Source: Methanomassiliicoccales archaeon
GTDB lineage: Archaea; Thermoplasmatota; Thermoplasmata; Methanomassiliicoccales; UBA472
NCBI GenBank assembly: GCA_041304605.1
Contig: JBFYNB010000002.1
Location: 1 to 55,384, forward strand
Length of the DNA stretch: 55,384 nucleotides
Direction of reading: 5' to 3'
The notes beneath the pieces were generated by a model that ran no database searches, had not been told where the DNA came from, and saw only the letters and a program-made list of their open reading frames with translations. Positions 9,020 to 18,026 of the stretch are shown here, piece after piece (position 1 is the first letter of the stretch; every line of letters begins with the position of its first letter). The translations under genes and the position numbers were made by a program.

Positions 9020-10729
9020 ATGGCAGAGGAGATACCACCGACCGGCACCGGCAACCTGAGGGACCATCAGAAAGCATGCGAGGCTTTCAACTGGGCATCC
9101 CTTAACGGTGAGTTCGACTGGTCTCGGGGCGGTCCTTACAACGTGGCCGCGGAAGCGGTGGACCGCCACGCCAGGCAGAACCCGGAGAAGGTGGCCATTC
9201 ACTCCGTGCGCGCCAACGGGGAGGTGCAGTCCCTCACCTTCGGCGACATCTACCGTTCATCCTGCCGGTTCGCGGACGGCCTGCGCCAGCTGGGGATCGG
9301 GAGAGGGGACCGCGTCTTCGTTTACCTGGACCGCCGCTCCGAGCTGTTCATCTCCATCATTGGCATAGTCAAGCTGGGCGCCATCGCCTGCCCTTTGTTC
9401 TCCGCGCTAGGACCAGAGGCCGTCAAGGACCGCCTGCAGGACGGTTCCCCGTCGGCCATCATCACTTCTCCATATCTATTTGAGAGGATCTCCCCGGTGC
9501 TCAAGGACACCTCGCCCGCACCCGTGGTGGTGTGCGTCGGTGAGAGCTGCCCGCCGAACACTGTTCCCTATGACCGGCTGCTTGCCTCAGGGTCGCCGGA
9601 TCTCAAGACCGTGAACATGCGGCCGGACGAGCCGTACATCATCCATTACACCTCCGGTTCCACCGGAAAACCCAAAGGCGTGGTGCTGCCGCACCGGGCC
9701 ATGGTCCAGCAGCTGTCCGGCGCCAAGTACGTCTCCGATCTCCGAGAGGGGGACGTCTTCTGGTGCACCGCCGACCCTGGCTGGGTGACCGGGACCTCCA
9801 TGGGCATATTCGGGCCGTGGTATCTCGGGATAACCATAATCTCCTTCGAGGGTCGCTTCGACGCCCGTTCCTGGTACTCGCTCATAGACCGCTTCAAGGT
9901 CACCGTGTGGTTCACCGCCCCTACTGCGCTGAGGATGCTCATGAAGGCCGGGGACGAGGTGGTGAAGGAGTTCGATCTTTCCTCGCTCCGTCACATGTGC
10001 TCCGCCGGCGAGCCTCTGAACCCGCATGTCGTCCGCTGGGGAACGGAGGTGCTGAAGCGCCGCATCCACGACAACTGGTGGCAGACGGAGACGGGAGCGC
10101 CGTGCATAGCGAACCTCCCGTGCATGAACGTGCGGCCGGGCTCCATGGGGAAAGCGGTGCCCGGCGTCGTCGCCGCCATCGTGGACGAGAACGGGATGGA
10201 GCTGCCCTCGGGAAAGGAGGGGTTCCTGGCCCTGCGCCCCGGCTGGCCGTCCATGATGACCGGGATATGGGGTAACGTGACAAAGTACCGCGAGTACTTC
10301 TACGTCCCCGGCTGGTACGCTTCAGGCGACCAAGCGTACAAGGACGATGACGGCTACATCTGGTTCCTGGGCCGGGCGGACGACGTCATCAAGACGTCCG
10401 GAGAACGGCTCGGACCGTTCGAGGTCGAGTCGGCCCTCATCGAACACCCCGCGGTGGCCGAGTCGGCCGTCGTGGGTAAACCGGACGACCTACGCGGGGA
10501 GATCGTGAAAGCGTTCATAGTCCTCCGCCCAGGAAACGAACCCTCGGAGCGTTTGAGGGAGGACATAACCAACTTCGTCCGCGTGCGGTTGGCCTATTAT
10601 GCGTACCCGAGGGAGATAGAGTTCGTGGACTCCCTGCCTAAAACACGTTCTGGCAAGATCATGCGCCGGGTGCTCAAGGCCAAGGAGGGCGGGCATGACA
10701 CCGGCGACCTGTCCATGTTGGAGGACTAG
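9020..10729 (+). CDS. AMP-forming acyl-CoA/acetyl-CoA synthetase
   Basis: 569 aa with the AMP-binding motif YTSGSTGKPKG, the Acs-type WWQTETG motif, and the C-terminal ..PKTRSGKIMRR motif. An ATTTTATA element lies about 40 nt upstream. Confidence 0.9.
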   Translation: MAEEIPPTGTGNLRDHQKACEAFNWASLNGEFDWSRGGPYNVAAEAVDRHARQNPEKVAIHSVRANGEVQSLTFGDIYRSSCRFADGLRQLGIGRGDRVFVYLDRRSELFISIIGIVKLGAIACPLFSALGPEAVKDRLQDGSPSAIITSPYLFERISPVLKDTSPAPVVVCVGESCPPNTVPYDRLLASGSPDLKTVNMRPDEPYIIHYTSGSTGKPKGVVLPHRAMVQQLSGAKYVSDLREGDVFWCTADPGWVTGTSMGIFGPWYLGITIISFEGRFDARSWYSLIDRFKVTVWFTAPTALRMLMKAGDEVVKEFDLSSLRHMCSAGEPLNPHVVRWGTEVLKRRIHDNWWQTETGAPCIANLPCMNVRPGSMGKAVPGVVAAIVDENGMELPSGKEGFLALRPGWPSMMTGIWGNVTKYREYFYVPGWYASGDQAYKDDDGYIWFLGRADDVIKTSGERLGPFEVESALIEHPAVAESAVVGKPDDLRGEIVKAFIVLRPGNEPSERLREDITNFVRVRLAYYAYPREIEFVDSLPKTRSGKIMRRVLKAKEGGHDTGDLSMLED

Positions 10730-10783
10730 CGGGCGTCGCTCAGAACTTATTATTAACAAAGAAGGATTAATCCTCCCTCGAAC

Positions 10784-11842
10784 ATGAGACCGTCCCTCCG
10801 TCGCATAGACCGACTGGACCTGTGGGCGGCCATTCTGGCCGCGCCATTCCTTTGGCTTCTGCAGGTGGTCATCTCCGCCGCCTGGAACGAGGGAGCGGCC
10901 GCCTGGATGTCGGCCGCCTTCGGTATCGTGGTGGCCTTCCTTTTCCTGCACGGGGTGGCGGTGCTGCGCCGGGTCCGCAGGAAAGGAAGAGTGAGGTTCA
11001 GTAAAGTTCTCCTCTGGCTGCTGGCGCTGTCGCTGGTCTTCTCCCTGCTGCTCCTGCCGAGCATCTACCTCGGGGACGCCGAGCTGGTCCTGGAGGGAGC
11101 GGACCTCTACACCCCCCTGGGATTCGTGCTGGCGATCCTCGCGCTCTGGTTGGCGTTCTTCATCCTGGCCCTGGGAATGCTGTGCGCCGCCTGCAGCGCC
11201 ATGTGGTTCCTGGTCAAGGTCATGCGCTGGATCGTTCCCGGTTTCCTGAGCGACGTGAGAAGTGTCAAGTACAGCAAACGGGACGGACTTTTAGCCAGGG
11301 TGGAGGTGTGGGCGGTGGCGTTCCCCAGAGTGCTCGATCCGTCCACCCTGCGGCTGGAACCCCAGCCCCTGGACGACAAGGGGGCCAAGGACCGCTTCGT
11401 TCAGGCCATGGTCTGGCAGCTGGTCCTCGGAATGCTTCTGGCGGTGTATATCAGCCTGAACCCGGTGCTGCTGCAGACCATGACGTTCAGCCAGACCTTC
11501 GGACTGGTGTCCATAACCTCGATTCTGGTTCCTCTGCTCCTGCTGCCCTGGTCCACCCTGGAAGCGCTCGGTGGCCGGGTGGACGGAGTTAGAGAGGATT
11601 TCTATCTGCACAAAGGCGCCCGGACCAGGATGATGCAGACCGTGGTCGCCCTGGGCACCCTGTTCCTGATCTTGCGATTGGCGGTGCAGGAGATCGGCGC
11701 GGACGTGATATTCTGGCGCCTGGCCGGTTACTCGCTCACCCTGTTCATCGTTTCCGGCCTGGTCTCCTTCGCCTACTTCAACTACTTCGAGAGGGAGCTG
11801 GTCCAGGAATTGCGTGAACGGCTGACCAAGAAGGGGTTCTGA
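10784..11842 (+). CDS. Polytopic membrane protein of unknown function
   Basis: 352-aa ORF with about 8 hydrophobic segments. I recognise no motif. Coding is supported by length, codon bias and a T-rich tract directly downstream. Confidence 0.6.
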   Translation: MRPSLRRIDRLDLWAAILAAPFLWLLQVVISAAWNEGAAAWMSAAFGIVVAFLFLHGVAVLRRVRRKGRVRFSKVLLWLLALSLVFSLLLLPSIYLGDAELVLEGADLYTPLGFVLAILALWLAFFILALGMLCAACSAMWFLVKVMRWIVPGFLSDVRSVKYSKRDGLLARVEVWAVAFPRVLDPSTLRLEPQPLDDKGAKDRFVQAMVWQLVLGMLLAVYISLNPVLLQTMTFSQTFGLVSITSILVPLLLLPWSTLEALGGRVDGVREDFYLHKGARTRMMQTVVALGTLFLILRLAVQEIGADVIFWRLAGYSLTLFIVSGLVSFAYFNYFERELVQELRERLTKKGF

Positions 11843-11847
11843 CCGCG

Positions 11848-11860
11848 TTCTTGTTTTTGT
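11848..11860 (+). terminator. T-rich archaeal terminator candidate
   Basis: TTCTTGTTTTTGT lies 6 nt after the TGA stop at 11840-11842. Confidence 0.35.
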
Positions 11861-12124
11861 GAACGGCCATTGTCCCGTCAAGCACACATCGAGCATCTTG
11901 AACGAGCGAATCGAATTTCGAGCCGGACCTGCGCATCAAGGGCCTGGCATCCGTGACCGACCGCTCCCTGTCTCTTACGATCCCTGTGGTCAAAGGATGG
12001 AAATTATCAATAACCAATGAAGGAAATAGAATACACATCGCATCGGGGACGAACCGAAACGCATTCGAGGAGGTCGTCTGTCTTGATCCGGATGGCGTGG
12101 ACCGAAGGAGGTTCGAAGAGTTAC

Positions 12125-13123
12125 ATGGTGAGCCGAAGACGCCCAGAGACATTACCTATCGTTCTGGTCGCGATAATGGCGATCCTCTCTGTGGCCTTGG
12201 CAACGACCCCTCCCCTGGAGGCGGCACCTATGCCCACCATGGTGATCGACGGCACCATCTCTGACCTTGAATACTCACATCAGGCCTCCTTCGGGGGTGG
12301 TGACTTTATTCTGCACTGGACCGTCGATGGCGATGTCATCAACATCGCTATGGAGGCCCGGACCACCGGATGCGTCTCCATAGGCATCGATCCTGAAGCG
12401 GCCATGCTGAACGCGGACATGGTGGTGGGTTTCGTCACTTCCACCGGGGAGGTGGAGGTGGACGACCAATTTTCCACGGGAACCTTCGGACCGCATGTCT
12501 CGGACATTTCTCTAGGGGGTACCAATGACATACTCGCATCAAATGGCAGCGAGGCCGATGGGGTGACCATCATCGAGTTCCAAAGAGCCCTGGATACCGG
12601 TGACGCTTACGACCGGGCCATCCCCTCCAATGGTTCAGTGAAGATAATCTGGTCCATTTCCCAGGAGGATGATCATAGCGTTATCCATTCGCAAAGGGGT
12701 TCGGGAGAGATCGATTTTGGGAGCGGCGAGTCCTCTGAAGCTCTGGAGCTTTGGCCCTACCACGCCCTGGTCATGACCATTGGGACCGCCATCATGACGG
12801 CCAGCATCGCCATGATATACCTGAGGAAGAGGGCCAACGGATGGTACCGATGGCACAAGAGGCTGGGGTTCATCGGCGCGTCCCTGGTGATCATCGGTCT
12901 GGCCATAGCCGTCTACATGGTCGGCGGGGAACACCTTCGCGTGCTGCACTCCTATGTTGGGCTGGCGGCCCTGGTCCTTCTCCTGTTACCGGTGCCCTTG
13001 GGTATGGCTGTGTCCAAGGTCAAGGAACGGAAGCGAATGAGGTCCATTCACCTTTGGGTCTCCCGTGCGGCAGTGATCGCGGCCATAATAGCCATAGTCC
13101 TGGGCCTTCTAAGAGTTCTTTGA
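12125..13123 (+). CDS. DOMON-domain protein fused to a 4-helix cytochrome-b561-like membrane domain (four conserved His)
   Basis: Start chosen at the ATG at 12125 (MVSRRRPETLPIVLVAIMAILSVALA.. signal-like, GGAGG 14 nt upstream). The ORF track begins at 12017. The DOMON-like core is DFILHWTVDGDVINIAMEARTTGCVSIGIDP..MLNADMVVGFV. The C-terminus has 4 TM helices, each with one His (YHALV, WHKRLG, LHSYVG, IHLWVS). Confidence 0.7.
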   Translation: MVSRRRPETLPIVLVAIMAILSVALATTPPLEAAPMPTMVIDGTISDLEYSHQASFGGGDFILHWTVDGDVINIAMEARTTGCVSIGIDPEAAMLNADMVVGFVTSTGEVEVDDQFSTGTFGPHVSDISLGGTNDILASNGSEADGVTIIEFQRALDTGDAYDRAIPSNGSVKIIWSISQEDDHSVIHSQRGSGEIDFGSGESSEALELWPYHALVMTIGTAIMTASIAMIYLRKRANGWYRWHKRLGFIGASLVIIGLAIAVYMVGGEHLRVLHSYVGLAALVLLLLPVPLGMAVSKVKERKRMRSIHLWVSRAAVIAAIIAIVLGLLRVL

Positions 13124-13357
13124 GGGCATCCGGCCTGGAGACACTGGGTCGGAACAACCCCGCCATCCCTTGGGAAATGCTCCGCGACTTGAGACAGAAC
13201 GGCCGGACCTGGGCGGGTGATGAACCGGTCCTTAGCGGTGTGGTCTTCCAATTCTTATTGGGACTGGGTCGCCCCGCGGCCATAAATAGCTTTTATTAAC
13301 CGGCATCTTGCTAGCAACTAGCTGACCGTCCCTAGAGGATATGGTGGGGGACGGAGA

Positions 13358-14362
13358 ATGTACGCGGGAGGTGTGTGCCGTTTGAAAAGGCCGATCTGTG
13401 CAAGAACCCTGGTCGTGCTGGTGACGATCATCCTATTGGTCTCGCCTTTCCTTGACCTAGGTTCGGCGGCATCCGCGAACTCCTCCGCGCCCCCGGTCAT
13501 GGACGGCGAGATCGTCGAAGAAGAGTACGAACATGGCACCGACCTCTCCGGGGGCGACTTCCTTCTTCGATGGCAAGTTATTGACGATACCATCTTTTTC
13601 GCCATGAGCGCCATCACCGACGGATACCTGTCCCTCGGGTTCGACCCTGAGTTCCTGATGAAGGGCGCGGACCTGGTCGTCGGCTGGGTCAACGGTACGG
13701 GGAGCGCGTTTGTCGTTGACGCCTATTCCGCCGGTCAGTTCGGCCCGGTGGTCCGGGACATCGACCAGGGTGGGACCGATGACATTCTGGCATCGGCAGG
13801 GGCGGTTCGGGAGGGCTGGACGGTCATCGAGTTCAGCAGGGCGCTCTGCACCGGTGACCTGTACGACAAGGAGATCCCCCTGGTCGGTGAGCTCGTGGTC
13901 ATGTGGGCCATCGGCGGGGTCTTCGACCCGGCGACCATGCCGGACGACGGAGGCATGGTCACCATCTCCATCTCCTCCGGCGCGTCGTCCGAGAGTGAGC
14001 CGGCCTATTCGTACCTGGTCTTCCTTGCGCCTGTTGCCTTGTCCGCATCTATCGCCGCCTTGCTGGCGCTGCTGGGTCCGGCCAGGTTCCGGAAGACCGG
14101 CCACCTGTGGCTGGGAGTGGTTGCCGCAGGACTGGTTTCATGCGCCGCTCTCGTCGTGGTCCTTTTCGGCGTGAAGGAGACCCCTCCCGGACTGGCATGG
14201 CCAGTGCTGGTCGCCACGGCATTTGTTGTCTCCACCGTTCTGATAGGTGCGGCCGCCCTGCGCATCGGACGGTGCCCTTGGCTTAAAAAGGGGCATGCCT
14301 TGTCCGGCGCGGCGGCAATGGTCGGCCTGGTCTGGTGTACGCTGTCCTTATTTTGGTTATGA
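13358..14362 (+). CDS. DOMON-domain membrane protein, paralogue of 12125-13123 with only two TM histidines
   Basis: A signal-like N-terminus is followed by DFLLRWQVIDDTIFFAMSAITDGYLSLGFDP..MKGADLVVGWV. There are 4 C-terminal TM helices, with His only in GHLWLG and GHALSG. GGAG lies just upstream of the ATG. Confidence 0.7.
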   Translation: MYAGGVCRLKRPICARTLVVLVTIILLVSPFLDLGSAASANSSAPPVMDGEIVEEEYEHGTDLSGGDFLLRWQVIDDTIFFAMSAITDGYLSLGFDPEFLMKGADLVVGWVNGTGSAFVVDAYSAGQFGPVVRDIDQGGTDDILASAGAVREGWTVIEFSRALCTGDLYDKEIPLVGELVVMWAIGGVFDPATMPDDGGMVTISISSGASSESEPAYSYLVFLAPVALSASIAALLALLGPARFRKTGHLWLGVVAAGLVSCAALVVVLFGVKETPPGLAWPVLVATAFVVSTVLIGAAALRIGRCPWLKKGHALSGAAAMVGLVWCTLSLFWL

Positions 14363-14516
14363 ATCAAGTCAGATCGGACAATGTGCCATCAAAGATCCTG
14401 ACTAGTGGCCCAGCCCCACCGAGCCGCTGACGAAAGGACCAGAGCATGCCAGGTGCCATCGACCTGCCGGTCGATCACGGCATGCCACACCTGATCCCTG
14501 CACGCTTAGCCTCGAT

Positions 14517-15194
14517 ATGTGGGACCGCAACCTGCTAATAACCTGGTTGAGAATCTCCGAACCAATGGGATTGCTCGACAAGGACCCTTGCTGGGCCCGC
14601 AGGACCGCCGGCGCCCTGATCATGGTGGCCGCCTTCATCGTACTGATGGGAATAATCACCGGGGAGGCTCTTTACCCAGGCTATCATACCGGGGAAGATG
14701 ACATCAGCGACCTGGCCTGGAGGGAACCCTCGGCCACCATATTCAACGCGGCCATGATAGTGGGCGGGGTCATGTACTCCTTGACGGCCATCCTCCTTCG
14801 CCATGCGGGGCTGACCCGATGGGTCACCGTTCCCGCTTTTCTCATGGGCGTGGGCGGTGTTGGCGTGGGCCTTTTTCCAGTCTACACGGGAACGCCTCAC
14901 TACATAGCCGCCCTGATGGCCTTCGGCGGTGGCGCCATAACAGCCCTCATGGCCGGAAGGACCGCCGATTCCCCGTTCAAGTACATTTCCCTGTTCCTGG
15001 GGACCATCAGCCTGGTCTCCCTGGTGCTGTTCTCCATAGTATGGAGCAACGGACCGTTCGGACCCCTGGGCGAGGGGGGGATGGAGAGGTGGGTGGCCTA
15101 CGCCAACATGGTCTGGGCCATAGGTTTCGGCGGATACCTGATGAACAGCGGGCCGGACCGTTCCAGGTCGCGGATGTCCTGCAATCGCCCCTGA
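14517..15194 (+). CDS. DUF998-family membrane protein
   Basis: The hydrophobic 6-TM protein contains a ..YPGYHTGEDDISDLAW..IFNAAMIVGG.. pattern typical of DUF998. The start is uncertain (14517 or the ATG at 14565). Confidence 0.6.
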   Translation: MWDRNLLITWLRISEPMGLLDKDPCWARRTAGALIMVAAFIVLMGIITGEALYPGYHTGEDDISDLAWREPSATIFNAAMIVGGVMYSLTAILLRHAGLTRWVTVPAFLMGVGGVGVGLFPVYTGTPHYIAALMAFGGGAITALMAGRTADSPFKYISLFLGTISLVSLVLFSIVWSNGPFGPLGEGGMERWVAYANMVWAIGFGGYLMNSGPDRSRSRMSCNRP

Positions 15195-15248
15195 TCTGCT
15201 GCGCAACGAAAGGTAGATTACCCGATACCCGCTAGTAATGAGCAGAGG

Positions 15249-15647
15249 GTGGTTCCTGTGGAACTCGACCAAGCCATACAGATATGCCGGTCGTCCAGAA
15301 GGGATTTGCGGAGACTGATGACCGCCCTGGATATGAAGAGCTTCTACGACATCGGTCACGAAGTAGGCCATGCCGCGGCGATGGGCGTGGCCTTCAAGAA
15401 CATGGACAAGGAGCTGGTGTGGCTGGAGCAGCTCATGACCGTGGGGAACCTGAAAGCGATAAGGGGACAGAACTGGATGATCTACGATCTGGTGAACTAT
15501 TACGATCGTCTCATCGACATGATCAGGGGGAAGGCCATACCGATCGGGAAGGCTCCGCCGGTGGCGGACTCCATTCACCTATGGAGGGAGAACGCCGGGA
15601 AGCTGGCCCAGATTGTATGCCAGCTAGAGGATGACGAATCTCCCTGA
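15249..15647 (+). CDS. Hypothetical soluble protein (helical)
   Basis: 132-aa ORF with a GTG start and no recognisable motif. It is kept because its composition is protein-like, unlike the R/G/P/H-rich antisense ORF 14535-15578. Confidence 0.4.
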   Translation: MVPVELDQAIQICRSSRRDLRRLMTALDMKSFYDIGHEVGHAAAMGVAFKNMDKELVWLEQLMTVGNLKAIRGQNWMIYDLVNYYDRLIDMIRGKAIPIGKAPPVADSIHLWRENAGKLAQIVCQLEDDESP

Positions 15648-15685
15648 TGGGCAATGATGAATAGGCGCGGGATCATACGTTACAG

Positions 15686-16144
15686 GTGCAAATGAAAGAG
15701 ATCAGGCTTCGTCACCATCATCTGCTGTGCACCCGCACCTTCGGCGGCCGCGGTTACGATTACCGTTTCGTGGCCAATATGGAGGAGGTCGTTTCCGAAC
15801 TAAGCTCCCCGGACCAATTGCTGGTGCGTCTGGAGATCGGCTGCGACGACATATGTGCGCAATGCCCCAACGCCGTACGAGGCATGTGCAAGGACCACGA
15901 TTCGGTGCTGGAGAAGGACCGCTCGGCCGCGCTGTTTCTGAGCTTGCCGGAAAAAGGAACCTTCCCGGCTGGCCCCCTTCTGAAGATGGTCGAGGAACGT
16001 TTGCGGGGGTTGGACGACATAGGCCTGGTGTGCGGGGAATGCGAATGGGCGGAGCTCTGCAACGAGTGGCTTAGTGCGAACAGAGGGGCCGATGGTGGAT
16101 CGGACAGAGCACAACAAACCTTTAGTAACAAGCCCATTTTCTGA
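15686..16144 (+). CDS. DUF1284-family Cys-rich protein
   Basis: The N-terminal LRHHHLLCTRTFGGRGYDYRFV plus CDDICAQCPN and CGECEWAELC match the DUF1284 pattern. The start is the GTG at 15686 or the ATG at 15692. Confidence 0.6.
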   Translation: MQMKEIRLRHHHLLCTRTFGGRGYDYRFVANMEEVVSELSSPDQLLVRLEIGCDDICAQCPNAVRGMCKDHDSVLEKDRSAALFLSLPEKGTFPAGPLLKMVEERLRGLDDIGLVCGECEWAELCNEWLSANRGADGGSDRAQQTFSNKPIF

Positions 16145-16149
16145 TTAGC

Positions 16150-17919
16150 ATGGACGCCGAGCTTAGGATCGTTCTGGACATGACCTTGCTGATGGTCATC
16201 TCCGGCGTCTGTTCCATAATCTTCGTGCGGATCAAGATGCCTCCGATCCTGGGCTACCTGACCGCCGGCATCATCCTTGGCCCCACCATGTTCCCTCAGC
16301 TCTGGGTGGAGCAGACCACGGTGATGATCCTCTCCAACATAGGGATCGTTCTGCTCATGTTCTGGATAGGAATGGAGCAGAGCGCCTCCAAGCTTCGCCG
16401 GGTGGGCTCGCGGCTGATATTCATCGTCACCCTGGAAATGACCCTGATGGTGGTGGTGGGATACCTGGCCGGCATGGCCTTGGGATTGGGAACCACCGCC
16501 TCGATATTCCTGGGAGCCATAATATCCGGTACCAGCACCGCGGTGGTGGTGGGGGTGCTCCATAACGTCAAGGGCATCAGCGGGGAACAGGCCACCGCCA
16601 TCATGAGCATAACCGTCTTCGAGGACGTAGGCCAGGTCATCATCCTCTCCTTGGCCGCACCCCTGCTGGCCGGCGACTCTCCGGCCATGGGCTCCACCAT
16701 CAACATGGTTATCGGACTCATGATCTTCTTTGGTCTCACCATAATGCTGGGGATCGCCGTCATCCCCAAGCTAGTGGACCGCCTGGGGGACCGTTACCCC
16801 TCGGAGATCGTCTTCATAGTGGCGGTGGGGATGGCGTTCACAATGGCCCTGCTCTCCTCCTCCATCGGGCTTTCCATCGCCATCGGGCCGTTCCTGATAG
16901 GGCTCATCGTGTCCGTATCCCTTTACAACGAGCGGATCAAGGCCAAGGTCATCCCGGTCAAGGAGCTCTTCATGGCGGTTTTCTTTATTTCCATCGGCCT
17001 GCAGATCGACCCGCGGCTCATCTTGGACAACATACTGCTGGTACTGGCGATCGCTGGGGTGTTCATACTCGGCAAGACGGTTGCCGTCGCCCTCAGCACC
17101 TATCTGTTCGGGTTCAAGGCCAGGGACGGTTTCATCATAGCCACCTCTCTGATCGCCATGGGGGAGTTCGCCTTCATCATCGCCAAAATAGCATTGGACG
17201 CTGGTCTCCTGACCCAGGACATTTACTCATCCGTCATAGGGGCGGCGCTGATAACCATGGTGGCCCTTCCCCTCTTTTCCAAGGTGCAGAAGCGGACCTT
17301 CGATGGCATGGTGAACCTGCTGCCAAGAAGGGCAATGGCCGCCTTGGCCCGCATCGATACCGTGAAGCAGGCCGCCTCGTCCAACAACCTACTGGGCAAG
17401 GACCGGAACGTGCTGAGCGGTTTGATGGCTCGCATCTTTGTGGACTACTTGCTGATCGTCCTCGTCCTACTGATCTTCAATCTGGCGAGCGAGGTCGAGA
17501 ACACAGCTACCGGGCTTGCCGGCGATCTGGGACTGGTGCCGGACGCCGTGCTCCTGTTCTTGATGCTGCTGGCGATATCCCCGGCCGTGGCCAGCATATT
17601 CTTGTATGCCCGGAAGATCTCCAAGGTCCTCACCGACCGGGCCATGCTGAGCGGGAAGATCGCCGAAGGGGACCGCCGGAACGTCTACCGCATGATAATC
17701 GACCTGAACGAGATCGCCATGCTCATGTTGGTGTTGGTCCTGATAATCCCATTCATACCGCCGGTGCTGATAGGCTCGACCTGGGTGTTCCTGGCCGTGG
17801 TCATATTGGCCGGACTAGCGGCCATCCTGTTGTGGGATGCCCTTCGGAACTCCTACGTGCACTTCGTGAACGCAGTGACCGGTTCCAACCGCTCTGACCG
17901 TGATAAGGATGATTCTTGA
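16150..17919 (+). CDS. Cation:proton antiporter (CPA2/Kef-like Na_H exchanger family)
   Basis: 589 aa and about 13 TM helices. The N-terminal ..KMPPILGYLTAGIILGP.. motif is typical of CPA2. It has an extra C-terminal membrane extension rather than a TrkA-N domain. Confidence 0.8.
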   Translation: MDAELRIVLDMTLLMVISGVCSIIFVRIKMPPILGYLTAGIILGPTMFPQLWVEQTTVMILSNIGIVLLMFWIGMEQSASKLRRVGSRLIFIVTLEMTLMVVVGYLAGMALGLGTTASIFLGAIISGTSTAVVVGVLHNVKGISGEQATAIMSITVFEDVGQVIILSLAAPLLAGDSPAMGSTINMVIGLMIFFGLTIMLGIAVIPKLVDRLGDRYPSEIVFIVAVGMAFTMALLSSSIGLSIAIGPFLIGLIVSVSLYNERIKAKVIPVKELFMAVFFISIGLQIDPRLILDNILLVLAIAGVFILGKTVAVALSTYLFGFKARDGFIIATSLIAMGEFAFIIAKIALDAGLLTQDIYSSVIGAALITMVALPLFSKVQKRTFDGMVNLLPRRAMAALARIDTVKQAASSNNLLGKDRNVLSGLMARIFVDYLLIVLVLLIFNLASEVENTATGLAGDLGLVPDAVLLFLMLLAISPAVASIFLYARKISKVLTDRAMLSGKIAEGDRRNVYRMIIDLNEIAMLMLVLVLIIPFIPPVLIGSTWVFLAVVILAGLAAILLWDALRNSYVHFVNAVTGSNRSDRDKDDS

Positions 17920-18026
17920 TCGCGAAGAACATGTCCCGTACCTGTCCTAGACCGTGGCGAGGGCGCGGTCGACAGCATTATATGCATTGAACTGACAACT
18001 TGTTAACAAACCTCAGGGTTGTCAAT

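Noticed and set aside
10727-10756. In-frame TAG codons as possible pyrrolysine sites. TAG ends the acs, SagB-type, lhr, purM and NuoB-like genes, and Pyl use is expected in a Methanomassiliicoccales-like host.
   Set aside because: In every case the protein is already full-length at the TAG by family comparison. Read-through adds only short non-conserved tails (for example 8 codons after acs). No methylamine methyltransferase or pyl genes are in the window.
11843-12124. 282-nt intergenic region scanned for a tRNA or small RNA. It contains a GAATCGAATTTCGAG palindrome and ORFs 11953-12264 and 11778-12152.
   Set aside because: I could draw no cloverleaf-compatible acceptor and T-arm pairing. 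The ORFs overlap the better-supported DOMON gene or lack any motif. The palindrome alone is not evidence of an RNA gene.
14446-14485. Hairpin ATCGACC-TGCC-GGTCGAT flanked by GCATGCC direct repeats, between the second DOMON gene and the DUF998 gene.
   Set aside because: It has a short 7-bp stem with no T-run and no recurrence elsewhere in the window. It is within chance expectation.
14535-15578. 347-aa minus-strand ORF spanning the DUF998 gene and the hypothetical gene.
   Set aside because: It has an R/G/H/P-rich low-complexity translation and overlaps two plus-strand ORFs that have protein-like composition, one of them with a family pattern.
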